Below the pieces are notes generated by a model. The model was not told the DNA's origin. It did no database searches and worked only from the letters and a program-made list of their open reading frames with translations. Position numbers and translations under genes: made by a program. 50,928 nt of DNA from NCBI GenBank assembly GCA_016839585.1, contig JAEOTZ010000088.1:1-50928 (forward strand). Direction: 5' to 3'. Shown piece by piece: positions 9,107 to 18,814 of the stretch (positions are counted from its first letter, which is position 1; each line of letters starts with the position of its first letter). The DNA is from Promethearchaeota archaeon. Its GTDB lineage: Archaea; Asgardarchaeota; Lokiarchaeia; Sigyniarchaeales; SOKP01.

Positions 9107-10342
9107 ATGAAGAATCCTATTTACTTAAAACAATTTAATTTGATTCTTATCAGATACAACGAGATTTGGTTAAAATCTCAAAAAGTAAAAATTCGAATGT
9201 TAAGAATCTTAATGAACAATATTAAAAATATGTTAAAACGTGAGGGAATACCATTTCATAAATATCAGCTAAGTAAAGATTCAGCAAGAATATTCTTTTT
9301 TTTAAAAAATGAAGATATATATAAGGCTATAGAAGTTTTAAAGAACGCTTTTGGAATACATTCACTAAGTCCAACTTTAAGAACTTCAAGCGAACTCAAA
9401 AATATAACTAAAAAAACTATTGAAGGATGTGAGGAAGTATTGAAAAAAGGGGATACTTTTGCTCTTAGAGTTAAACGATCAGGAAAACATGAATTTTCTT
9501 CCCAAGATGTTGCTGTAAAAGTAGGAAAAGCAATATTAGATAATTTTTCGAATTTAAATTTAAAGGTTAATCTATCAAATCCTAAAAAGAAGATTTTTAT
9601 AGAAGTCAGAGATGAATTTGCTTATATTTTTACCCAGATAATCAAAAGTAAATGGGGAGGTTTACCTATTGAAACAAATAAGAAAATCTTAATAATGGAT
9701 GTTGGAAGAATTAATGATATTATTGCTGGATTTTTAATGATGAGAAGAGGATGTGAAATTTACCCTATATTATTTAACTTAACTGAAAATAACGATGTTT
9801 TTGAAAAAAGAATATCAAATTGGAAGGAAATACTACATTATATTCCTTATTTTAAATTCACGGTAAGAAAAATTAATTTAGTTGAGATTATTCAAAACAT
9901 CTCGCATGAACTTAGTGATGAGAAATATATCTGTGCTATCTGTCGGCTTGTTAGGTTTGATATTATCTCAAAAATATTAAAAAATTCAAATATAAATGGT
10001 TTCGACAAAATTAGAGCAATTTCTGATGGAATAAGTTTAAATAATTCAACACTATGTACCGATAATATTGATTTAGAATCACTTTCACTCAATTTTTTAT
10101 TTTCTGAATATCCAATCTTTACATCATTAATAGGTTCAGATTTAAAAAAAATTCAATATTTCCAAAATAACATATCAAAGAAACTATTAAAAGTCGATTA
10201 TTGTCAATTTAAACCTAAAAATCAAGAATTTAATAGTCAAATTTTAGAAAAATTATATAGATCTTTAAAACTTGAGGATATAATAAAGGATAGTATAGAA
10301 AGTATGGAAGAATATGATATTGTACCAAATGAGACTCTCTAA
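9107..10342 (+). CDS. thiI: ThiI-like tRNA sulfurtransferase (THUMP domain) with degenerate PP-loop
   Basis: LIRYNEIWLKS, THUMP motif TFALRVKRSGKHEFSS...VNLSNP...GGLP, MMRRG, CAICR. SGGxDS is replaced by DVGRIND. Confidence 0.75.
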   Translation: MKNPIYLKQFNLILIRYNEIWLKSQKVKIRMLRILMNNIKNMLKREGIPFHKYQLSKDSARIFFFLKNEDIYKAIEVLKNAFGIHSLSPTLRTSSELKNITKKTIEGCEEVLKKGDTFALRVKRSGKHEFSSQDVAVKVGKAILDNFSNLNLKVNLSNPKKKIFIEVRDEFAYIFTQIIKSKWGGLPIETNKKILIMDVGRINDIIAGFLMMRRGCEIYPILFNLTENNDVFEKRISNWKEILHYIPYFKFTVRKINLVEIIQNISHELSDEKYICAICRLVRFDIISKILKNSNINGFDKIRAISDGISLNNSTLCTDNIDLESLSLNFLFSEYPIFTSLIGSDLKKIQYFQNNISKKLLKVDYCQFKPKNQEFNSQILEKLYRSLKLEDIIKDSIESMEEYDIVPNETL

Positions 10343-10485
10343 AAAGAAACTTAACATATTAGTTTATTTTATGGTTTATAAAAATGAAACTTAAAAGAAA
10401 GGAATCTTTCTAGAAAATTCAGAAATAGAGATTATTTGGCTTTAACATTAACAAGATTGTGTAATTCTCAATTATAATAAAAGGA

Positions 10486-10773
10486 ATGATTATGGCAAAA
10501 GTAAAACTGAACCTATTGAATATCTTTCAATTAAAACTTAATAAAAAATTTATTGAATATGAAGGAAACACTGTTGGGGATATAATCTCTAAATTTATAG
10601 ATGAGAATAAAGAAAAACTTGATGAAAATTTAATAATTAAAAATAAAAAAAAGCTAAATCCACAAATGCTAATTTTAGTGAATGGACGGAATATTAAATA
10701 CTTAAATAATTATAAAACCAAACTTAATAATGAAGATGAGCTATACCTATCATTTCCTTTGGCAGGGGGCTAA
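10486..10773 (+). CDS. MoaD/ThiS/SAMP-like ubiquitin-fold sulfur carrier
   Basis: ILVNGRNI...T.L...DEL...PLAGG, with a C-terminal di-glycine. Confidence 0.9.
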   Translation: MIMAKVKLNLLNIFQLKLNKKFIEYEGNTVGDIISKFIDENKEKLDENLIIKNKKKLNPQMLILVNGRNIKYLNNYKTKLNNEDELYLSFPLAGG

Positions 10774-10923
10774 CTTAATTAAATGTTGAGTATATTACCT
10801 CAAGACAAAAATAGTCTTATAATTTCTTACGAAATGTAATGATTTATTAAGATCTTTAATTATTGAATTATTATTGGATAAACTTTTTTAGGTAATACAA
10901 CATAAATAATTTCAGAAATCAAT

Positions 10924-11862
10924 ATGGTCTCGAGAAAGATAATATTTACTGGCTTAGATTTCGCAGGTAAAACGAGTATTATTACAGCAATTACTAAGCG
11001 ATTTGGTTTTGAAGAAGAGGTAGCAAAATTAAAACCAACTCGAAGAGTTGCTAGGGATACTTTTAGATTTTTAGGATTTGAGTTTCATAGATTAGATTTC
11101 GGTGGCCAAGCACAGTATAGAGAAGCCTATCTTAAGAATCCAGCAAAATATTTTAGCAGTACAGATCTAATTTTTTACGTTATTGATGCTCAAGACTATA
11201 ATAGATATGTTGAAACTATTGATTATTTAGATGAACTTTTGCTTTTTTTTAAAGAAGAACAAGAATATCCTCCCATTTGTGTGATGTTCCATAAAATGGA
11301 TCCCCAATTCGTCAAAGATAGAGTCATTAATCAAAAAATTCTTACGTTAAAGCAAGCACTTACGAGATATTCACATGATTTTGATATTTTTTTCTTTGAA
11401 ACGACTATATTTGACATCAAATCGATTATGACGGCGTTTTCAAGTGGTCTATCAATGGTATTTGAAAAAATGGAAATGGTATCAAATCTATTCTCAGATA
11501 TAAGTAGTAACTACAATTCAATATTAATTGCGTTATTCGATGCTAAAGGGATAACAATAGGAGAATATTATAAGCCTCATCTGCAAATAAAGGAAAAAGT
11601 AAAAATTTATGAAATCTATATTAAGTTACAAAAGCAGATTGTAGCAGAAAATAGATTGTTACTCGAATTTTCTGATAAATTTGAAAGTGGAATTAGATTT
11701 TCTGGCGTAATTGAAGTTCTTAATTTTGGCAATTTAGATTTTTATTTATTATTTATAATAGAAGAGGATGAAATTGATTTGGAAAAAACAGTTGATATTT
11801 TAGATAAAATTGAGTCGGCTAAACCCCAAATGGAGAATTTAATTTTACAGATTATCCAATAA
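10924..11862 (+). CDS. Rag/Gtr-like small GTPase with C-terminal roadblock-like domain
   Basis: G1 GLDFAGKTS, G2 PT, G3 DFGGQ, G4 HKMD, G5 TTIFD. C-terminal ILIALFDAKGITIGEY is roadblock-like. Confidence 0.85.
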   Translation: MVSRKIIFTGLDFAGKTSIITAITKRFGFEEEVAKLKPTRRVARDTFRFLGFEFHRLDFGGQAQYREAYLKNPAKYFSSTDLIFYVIDAQDYNRYVETIDYLDELLLFFKEEQEYPPICVMFHKMDPQFVKDRVINQKILTLKQALTRYSHDFDIFFFETTIFDIKSIMTAFSSGLSMVFEKMEMVSNLFSDISSNYNSILIALFDAKGITIGEYYKPHLQIKEKVKIYEIYIKLQKQIVAENRLLLEFSDKFESGIRFSGVIEVLNFGNLDFYLLFIIEEDEIDLEKTVDILDKIESAKPQMENLILQIIQ

Positions 11863-12940
11863 AATCCTGATTATTTTCAATATCAAACGTGTTTATAAAA
11901 TTTCCAAGTTCTTCTGGAGTAGGAACTTGTTGCCTTGTAATTTTGTATATTGCAGAATAAGTAGCATATTTTCCACATGAACTAAGAATAGATTTTAATT
12001 GATCAGAATTCTCTTTTTTAAGTAATTCATTTAATTTAAATTTATCTTCTACAGCATCATATAATTTTGTTAAAAATCCAGCAGCGTAACAATCTCCGGC
12101 TCCTGTTAGATCTACTATTTCTGAGACTTCAACACCAGGAAAGTGAAGCTTAAAGTAATCAGTTATTATATAAGAACCCTTACCTCCTGCGGTATAAACC
12201 CGGATTTTTGCATATGGTTTAAATTTTTCATCAACTTCTATTACTGATGAATGGTTATTTTTTAAAATAATATATGCATCTTTCAAATTAAGAAAAAAAA
12301 GATCGTATCTTTTCCTTATTAATTGAGTTAATTGTTGTAAAGTTTGAACTTTTTGAGTTTCAATATTATATGCTGTGATTAAATCTAATTGAGAAGCTCT
12401 TTCAAATATTTCTATAAATTTTTTAGCAATAGGAGTAGAAAAAATTATTTTCCCATTCTCAAATATAACATCATCTACTTTTATTCCCTCAAAACTCATT
12501 TTATTTTTCAAGTTTGGAGCTAAATGGATTTTAATAGTAAAACTAGACTTTATTATAGTGCTAACTGGAGTGATTTCATCTATTTGAAAAACAGCATCAG
12601 TATTAATACCTAATGCTTTTAATTCATCATACATCCATTCACTTCCTCCTCCAATGATTGAAATTAGTTTTGTTGGAATTCCCAATCTAGTGAGAGATTC
12701 ACTTGAATTATTACCATTGCCTCCACGTTTAAAATAACAATGGCCAATGATTTTTTTAGGTGTTTCTGAAAATCCACTTTTGATAACTTTCTCGAATATC
12801 TTGCGATTTAAATCATCAGGATTATACTTAATAAATTGACTTAATCGAGATACGATTTTTTCAACTAATTGCTCGTAAAAATCGCTTTCATAATAAAGAT
12901 CTAAATGCAGTTCACCTAGAACCAGTATTTCTTTTAACAT
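11852..12940 (-). CDS. PfkB/ribokinase family carbohydrate kinase
   Basis: GGNGNN...LG and the DLTGAGDCYAAGF signature. Confidence 0.88.
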   Translation of the reverse strand: MLKEILVLGELHLDLYYESDFYEQLVEKIVSRLSQFIKYNPDDLNRKIFEKVIKSGFSETPKKIIGHCYFKRGGNGNNSSESLTRLGIPTKLISIIGGGSEWMYDELKALGINTDAVFQIDEITPVSTIIKSSFTIKIHLAPNLKNKMSFEGIKVDDVIFENGKIIFSTPIAKKFIEIFERASQLDLITAYNIETQKVQTLQQLTQLIRKRYDLFFLNLKDAYIILKNNHSSVIEVDEKFKPYAKIRVYTAGGKGSYIITDYFKLHFPGVEVSEIVDLTGAGDCYAAGFLTKLYDAVEDKFKLNELLKKENSDQLKSILSSCGKYATYSAIYKITRQQVPTPEELGNFINTFDIENNQDFIG

Positions 12941-12971
12941 GATAGTTCTCCCTCATAAAATAAATCTTTAA

Positions 12972-13075
12972 CGCAGATGGAGGGAATCGAACCCCCGAGC
13001 GCTTTCGCGCACCGGCTCTCTATGTCAGCAAAAAAACTCTCGAGGCCGGCGTCTTACCAGCTAGGCTACATCTGC
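12972..13075 (-). tRNA. tRNA-Ser(CGA) with a 21-nt intron at 37/38 (intron 13018-13038)
   Basis: Acceptor stem GCAGATG/CATCTGC, discriminator G73, anticodon stem CCGGC/GCCGG with CT-CGA-G, long variable arm GCGC-GAAA-GCGC, T-loop TTCGATT. Confidence 0.9.
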
Positions 13076-13162
13076 TTAACTGTGAAATTATATAAAACTA
13101 CTATTAATTTTAAAATGGAATAGATATAAATTTCTTTCCATTTTAAGGTTAAGAGAAACTAG

Positions 13163-13465
13163 TTATTTCGATACTGGAACATAAATTTTTAATTTTAAAG
13201 AGGGGTCTAGTAATTTTATTAATCCTTCTTCTTCATATTGTTTAAATAATAATTTTACTGTTGAGACTCTTATATCATATTTTAATGCGATATCTGTTGC
13301 TAGAATACTTTTCCTATTTAATATTTCTTCTTTTAGATTTTTCTCAAGCTTTCTCGGGATGAATGCATCTCTCTCAACAATATTTATCTGCTTGGTTCTT
13401 CCATATTTTCTTCTTAGATTTAATGTTCCTTTTCTTACTATTAGCTTTTCTTCTTTCTCAGACAA
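13163..13465 (-). CDS. rps25e: 30S ribosomal protein eS25
   Basis: Basic N-terminus plus winged helix (ILATDIALKYDIRVSTVKLLFKQYEEEGLIK...KIY), 100 aa. Confidence 0.8.
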   Translation of the reverse strand: MSEKEEKLIVRKGTLNLRRKYGRTKQINIVERDAFIPRKLEKNLKEEILNRKSILATDIALKYDIRVSTVKLLFKQYEEEGLIKLLDPSLKLKIYVPVSK

Positions 13466-13617
13466 GTAATATCACAAATTTTTCTTGAAGATAAGTGTTC
13501 GAATAATTTGAAATAAAAAATATTTAAAATCTAATAAAATTTTTGATTTAATATTGAATTATAAAAAAGATAGATATTCCTAACCATAATATATTGAGTT
13601 TTTAAGCTACAAGGAAA

Positions 13618-14253
13618 TTGAATGAAGATTTTAATTTTAATGTAAAGAAAAAGAGACCAGAAGAGATTTATCAAAATATCTTTGATTACTATACAGAACA
13701 AACAATTGTTCAATATGCTACTTCAAAAAGCATGAAAAAAATTCAAGAAAAAATAACATTAAGAGTTCTAGAAATACTAGATCTTAAAAAAAAAAATTAC
13801 ATAATTTTAGATGCAGGCAGCGGACCAGGTTTTACATCTATTTTTTTAAATTCAGTTGGATTTCAGAAGGTTATTGCTCTAGATTTAATCCCTGATTTTT
13901 TGAAATTTTTTGATCTTAAAGAAGTGAATCCAATATTAGCAGATATGTGCTCTCTTCCATTTCGATCTCACATTCTTGATGCGGTCATTTCAATTTCTGC
14001 CTTACAATGGATATATAGAGATATTAATAATAAAAGTATGGAATTGAATTTAGTAAATATGATAAACTCTTTTTATAATGCTCTAAAACCTAAGAGTAAG
14101 GCAGTAATTCAATTTTATCCCAAGAATAAAACAATTATGAAAAATATAGGGAAAATAATTGTAAAGAACACTGATTTTAATGGAAATTTCATAATAGACA
14201 ATCTAAATAATCCTAAAAAGAGAAAAATTTTTTTATTTCTGAAGAAAAATTAA
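13618..14253 (+). CDS. Class I SAM methyltransferase, Bud23/WBSCR22-like
   Basis: RPEE...Y...IQEKITLRVLEIL, ILDAGSGPG, LPFR...DAVISISALQW, QFYPKN, KKRKIFLFL. Confidence 0.8.
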   Translation: MNEDFNFNVKKKRPEEIYQNIFDYYTEQTIVQYATSKSMKKIQEKITLRVLEILDLKKKNYIILDAGSGPGFTSIFLNSVGFQKVIALDLIPDFLKFFDLKEVNPILADMCSLPFRSHILDAVISISALQWIYRDINNKSMELNLVNMINSFYNALKPKSKAVIQFYPKNKTIMKNIGKIIVKNTDFNGNFIIDNLNNPKKRKIFLFLKKN

Positions 14254-14494
14254 TAAATTTTAGAAACAAGATACATTAACTTTTTGCTCTCTATTTTATA
14301 GACATGATAAAATCTAATTAGTCTATTTTCTTAATAGCTAAATATTTGTTATCTAATAGTAAATATTTTTATTTACAAGATTTATTATTTTTATACATTT
14401 ATAAAAACATATATACTAGAAATAGGATCTTAAAGTTAACAAATTCTATTTTTTCGTATATAAAAAAAAATTTGTTATAAAAAAGGTAATAAAT

Positions 14495-17400
14495 ATGAAT
14501 ACAAATTTTCATAAAAATACAAAATGCTTAATTTCAGTTATTCTTTTGTCGATGCTCGTAGTAAGCTCTGTGTTTACAATATTTCCAACGACTTCTAACA
14601 AAATTAACTCAGATTCTGATTTAGGAACTGATCCATTAAACCCAATTGATGATAATTTAGAAGTTTCTGATACTTACCAAGTTGGTGATAAGTATGAATT
14701 AGATGAATGGTGGAATACTACATACCGATATCGAATTGGCATTGAAATAGAAGAGCTTGATGGTATAGATAGGTATGAACCTGTGGAACTTTTCTTGGAA
14801 TTTGAAGAAAATACCTATTATGAAGGTACTGAAAGAATTGTTGCATATTATGGAGAATATAATTGGAGCGATCCTATACCTGTTCAGGTATGGAATGTTA
14901 AAAAATATAATGGGTATTTTATTCAAAATTGTTCAGCTACCTTTATCGCGAGTGTTTCAGCAAATAGTAATCAAACTTACTTCTTTTACTATAATGAAAA
15001 TGATGATAACATAGAAACTGGAGATATTTATGATACAGGTTTTGAAAGTGATTTTACTGGTGGAACAACTTTAACAGTTAACGTTGCAGGAGATTCCGGA
15101 TCTGATTATTCATTAATACTTCAAGAAGGTTTTGGTATAAAAGTCTTAAAAAAAGATGGGATTGATCTAAATTATCACCAAGCTGAATCATTAGCTCCAG
15201 AAAAACAATTAACACATCCAAATTTAGTATTTCTAGCTCATATGGATGAATATACAGGGAATATGGTTTATGATTCAACCGGTAATGTACCTTTAGGTGG
15301 TTTTATTCAGGGGGGTACTTGGACTTCGGGGATTGTAAGATATGGATTACATTTTGATGGACTAAATGATTATATTGATTTTGGGGCTGAGTTGGAATCT
15401 CCAGGCGATCCCTTTCACGGATCAACTACACAATGGACTATGACAGCTTGGATTAAACCCGATGACATAAGCGATACTAGTTCAACTAATCATGGCACCC
15501 AGAACTGTTTCATGGCAAAAGCAAGTGATCCTTATAATGATAATTTTGAAATAGGTGTAAATACTAACGGTAAAATTCATGTATATCTTGATATGGATGG
15601 TAGAGATAGCCAATTCAATTTTGATCTTACTGGAACAGTTGAAGTAGATAAATGGAATTTTGTTGCCTTAAAAGTTGATTTAACAAAGCCCAATTATAAA
15701 GTGGGAGTTAAAGTTAATGATGCCTCTTTTCAATATACAACGAATTGGGATTCTGGTAATGATATGGATGAAGCATATGGCAGTACTTTTTCAATTGGAT
15801 CATCAGAACATATAAATAATTATTTTGAGGGAAGTATAGATGAGGTTGCTTTTTACAATATACCTCTTTCTGATGCGGATATTGAAGATTTCAAATATTT
15901 ATCTGAACCTTCTGTAATCGATCAAATAACTCAACTTGTAAAGGGGGATGTGTTTTCTCGATATCAAGTTGATTGGACTGAGACTTTTGATATGCATGTA
16001 TCAGATATTTGTACTTTTTATTGGGATTATAATCTATGGAATATTGAACGAAGTATATATTTTGATGGCCCATACTACGCAAATGAATCTGCCATGATTC
16101 CATTGAATACGCATTATAATTATTCGCTAATTAATGACCAAGCTTCATGTAGATACATCTATGATGGTAATATTGATATTGATATAACAGATCCAGACTT
16201 TACAGCTGAAGATTATACGATTGTTTATAACTATCCTGATTTATCTAAGGATGCAATTGGAATTTTCGTATCGAACTATACATTAACTAATCCAAGTCAA
16301 ATGAGCATGACTTATTTTAATGGTACTACAAAGTATTATGATAATACAATAGATTTTACACCAGGAGTGAATAATGATCTTGACAATAGTGGCGGAAGTG
16401 CTATTAATACATTGATTGTACAATTTTGGGAATTTATTGATTCTGTTCCTTATGTAGGTGATAATGAATTAATTTGGTATTTCAATAATGTTAGTTCTTC
16501 ACTTAAAAACCCTGTTAATATCTATATTTATGAGGAAGATAGTAGATTCTATAATATCAAGGTATATGTTGAAGATTCCGATGGCAGACCTGTTCCTGAA
16601 GCAACAATTACTATTTGGAACAATACTGCTAGTGCTACTGAATACCAATGGAACCAAGACACCGATACAGCTGGATGGACTACTTTCAAGAGATTTATTA
16701 ATGGAACATACGTTGTAAACGCTTCCTATGTCAGATATGGGCAAACTCTAACTATTACTTCTTCTCAAACTGTCGTAGATCTCGGAGATATCGTTGATGA
16801 AAAAGGCGTCTATACTATAAATTTCTTAAACGTCGACCTGACATCTATTGTTTTAAATTGTTCAAGATACTATCAAAATAATTATCAAGGACCATTATCA
16901 GGTGCTAAATTAAACTTTACATTTGATGATGGAACTGGACCAGTAGTACTTAATGGTTATGAAACGACTAATGCAACAGGTGCAGCGATATTTCACTGGA
17001 AGGATACAACTTCTGGTAATGTAACTTTCTCCATTGAATGGTTTGGTATTCCGCAAAATGATATTTCTTCTCCACTTGATAAGCTGGGTCCAGGACCACT
17101 TTTTGATCCTACTAAAATATGTTTAGATTTTACTAATTATGCTTGGCATGAAGTTAACGTAACTCAAGGAAGTGATTTTAAAACTTATTTAGAAGTCTAT
17201 GATGATGGAGTACAATCAAAAACGGTAGGAGAAATTATATCATTATGGGTTTACTTTTATTTCACTGAAAATGATACTAATCCAACAGGAATGACTGGCC
17301 TAACTACTCAAGTTACAATGGACTTAAAAGATGGTACACGAGTAATTAATCAAAATCCACTAGTTTTTAGCCCTGGAACTGGAGCAGGCAATTATAGCAT

Positions 17401-18814
17401 TACATTTGATACTTCTCAACTAATAGAAATGGGTGGAGAGTCATGGCTTTCAAGTGTTTCATATACAGTTTTGATAACTGCATCAAAACCTGGTTTTGAT
17501 ACTGCTTTTAATTCAACAGAGATTACACTCTTAGATATATCTACACGATTAAGTGCTAATGAAAGTAAATCCTACGCAAACTGGCAAGAACAACTCATTT
17601 TTGACGTTCATTTAGAATATGATGATTCTGGAATTTGGAGTGATTTAGATAATGCCCAGATTACATATTATGTATTTCAAGCTCCTGAGGTCTTCGGAAC
17701 TTTAACTTGGTACGGTTCTGGTGGGTTATACAGGTTAGAAATGGACAGCACTGATTTTCCCGGAACGGATGAATATGATTTAATTATAACAGCAATCCTA
17801 CAAAATTATGAACCAAAAACAATTAACCATGAAGTTGTAATTCTTGAAATCAGAACTCTTTTGAATAACTCGATATCAGTTTTTCAAAGCGAACAAGTTT
17901 ATTTTGGGGAATCCGAGACTTTTTATTTCAATTATACTGAAGCTACAAGTGGTATAGGATTATCAGGGGCTGAAACTGCATCATTTGATTGGGAAAAGCA
18001 AGACGCCCAAGGCAATCGTATAGGTGGAGGTTATGATGTTCCTCTGGTAAATGTAATTGAAGGAATATATGCCCTTGATTTTGATACAGAGACTTTAGAT
18101 ATTGCAACTTATATATTTGATATTACAATTAAAAAAGATAATTATGAAGATAGAAGAGCAACCCTCTATCTTTATATTACAAAAAGAGATTTTACTCCAA
18201 TAGAAAAAAGAAAATACGAAGTTGTATCTGGAAAATCATTAACAATCACACTAAACATTACAGACTTTAAAACTCATGAACAATTAGATATCGATACTGC
18301 TTATTTAACATTTAGAGGTCAAACCTTCAACTTCACTGGAAGTGGAGGAATTTATACAGCTAGAATTACGAATATTCCTGATGCATTTATTATGCCAGAG
18401 ACATTACTTGCAACAATTACAATTATAAGAGAAAATTATACAACAACAGAAATCCAAATTACAATTGTTGTTCAAATGGTAGAGATTTTTCCAGGAATGC
18501 CATTATTCTATTTCTTAATGCTTGTTGTCGCAGTAGGTGCTGTTGCTGGTAGTTTGGTCACATATCGATATGTACAACAACGTAGGATTCCTACATTTGT
18601 TAAGAAAGCCAGAGAGATGAGAAGTAACATTAAAGGAAGAAAATCAATTTCGGATTCACTTTTGTATCCTTCAAAAGAAGATTATATAACAAAGAGATTA
18701 GGAGATAAATGGGAAATGTTAGGATTGTCATTAGAAGATATACTAGGAATAGAAAGTAAGAAACGAAAAAATATGTCAGAAATTACTGAAGAATTTGAAG
18801 GAGGTGGTTTATAA
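14495..18814 (+). CDS. Large single-pass cell-surface glycoprotein (DUF2341-like, LamG/ConA-like and Ig/prealbumin-like domains, C-terminal TM and cytoplasmic tail)
   Basis: N-terminal signal/anchor; WWNTTYRYRIGI; GLHFDGLNDYIDFG...TAWIKP...YFEGSIDEVAFYN (LamG); VEDSDGRPVPEATIT; many NxS/T sites; TM LFYFLMLVVAVGAVAGSLVTY followed by a basic tail. Confidence 0.85.
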   Translation: MNTNFHKNTKCLISVILLSMLVVSSVFTIFPTTSNKINSDSDLGTDPLNPIDDNLEVSDTYQVGDKYELDEWWNTTYRYRIGIEIEELDGIDRYEPVELFLEFEENTYYEGTERIVAYYGEYNWSDPIPVQVWNVKKYNGYFIQNCSATFIASVSANSNQTYFFYYNENDDNIETGDIYDTGFESDFTGGTTLTVNVAGDSGSDYSLILQEGFGIKVLKKDGIDLNYHQAESLAPEKQLTHPNLVFLAHMDEYTGNMVYDSTGNVPLGGFIQGGTWTSGIVRYGLHFDGLNDYIDFGAELESPGDPFHGSTTQWTMTAWIKPDDISDTSSTNHGTQNCFMAKASDPYNDNFEIGVNTNGKIHVYLDMDGRDSQFNFDLTGTVEVDKWNFVALKVDLTKPNYKVGVKVNDASFQYTTNWDSGNDMDEAYGSTFSIGSSEHINNYFEGSIDEVAFYNIPLSDADIEDFKYLSEPSVIDQITQLVKGDVFSRYQVDWTETFDMHVSDICTFYWDYNLWNIERSIYFDGPYYANESAMIPLNTHYNYSLINDQASCRYIYDGNIDIDITDPDFTAEDYTIVYNYPDLSKDAIGIFVSNYTLTNPSQMSMTYFNGTTKYYDNTIDFTPGVNNDLDNSGGSAINTLIVQFWEFIDSVPYVGDNELIWYFNNVSSSLKNPVNIYIYEEDSRFYNIKVYVEDSDGRPVPEATITIWNNTASATEYQWNQDTDTAGWTTFKRFINGTYVVNASYVRYGQTLTITSSQTVVDLGDIVDEKGVYTINFLNVDLTSIVLNCSRYYQNNYQGPLSGAKLNFTFDDGTGPVVLNGYETTNATGAAIFHWKDTTSGNVTFSIEWFGIPQNDISSPLDKLGPGPLFDPTKICLDFTNYAWHEVNVTQGSDFKTYLEVYDDGVQSKTVGEIISLWVYFYFTENDTNPTGMTGLTTQVTMDLKDGTRVINQNPLVFSPGTGAGNYSITFDTSQLIEMGGESWLSSVSYTVLITASKPGFDTAFNSTEITLLDISTRLSANESKSYANWQEQLIFDVHLEYDDSGIWSDLDNAQITYYVFQAPEVFGTLTWYGSGGLYRLEMDSTDFPGTDEYDLIITAILQNYEPKTINHEVVILEIRTLLNNSISVFQSEQVYFGESETFYFNYTEATSGIGLSGAETASFDWEKQDAQGNRIGGGYDVPLVNVIEGIYALDFDTETLDIATYIFDITIKKDNYEDRRATLYLYITKRDFTPIEKRKYEVVSGKSLTITLNITDFKTHEQLDIDTAYLTFRGQTFNFTGSGGIYTARITNIPDAFIMPETLLATITIIRENYTTTEIQITIVVQMVEIFPGMPLFYFLMLVVAVGAVAGSLVTYRYVQQRRIPTFVKKAREMRSNIKGRKSISDSLLYPSKEDYITKRLGDKWEMLGLSLEDILGIESKKRKNMSEITEEFEGGGL

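Noticed and set aside
12972-13075. tRNA-Sec or tRNA-Leu identity
   Set aside because: The 7-bp acceptor stem, 5-bp T-stem, CGA anticodon and G73 indicate Ser.
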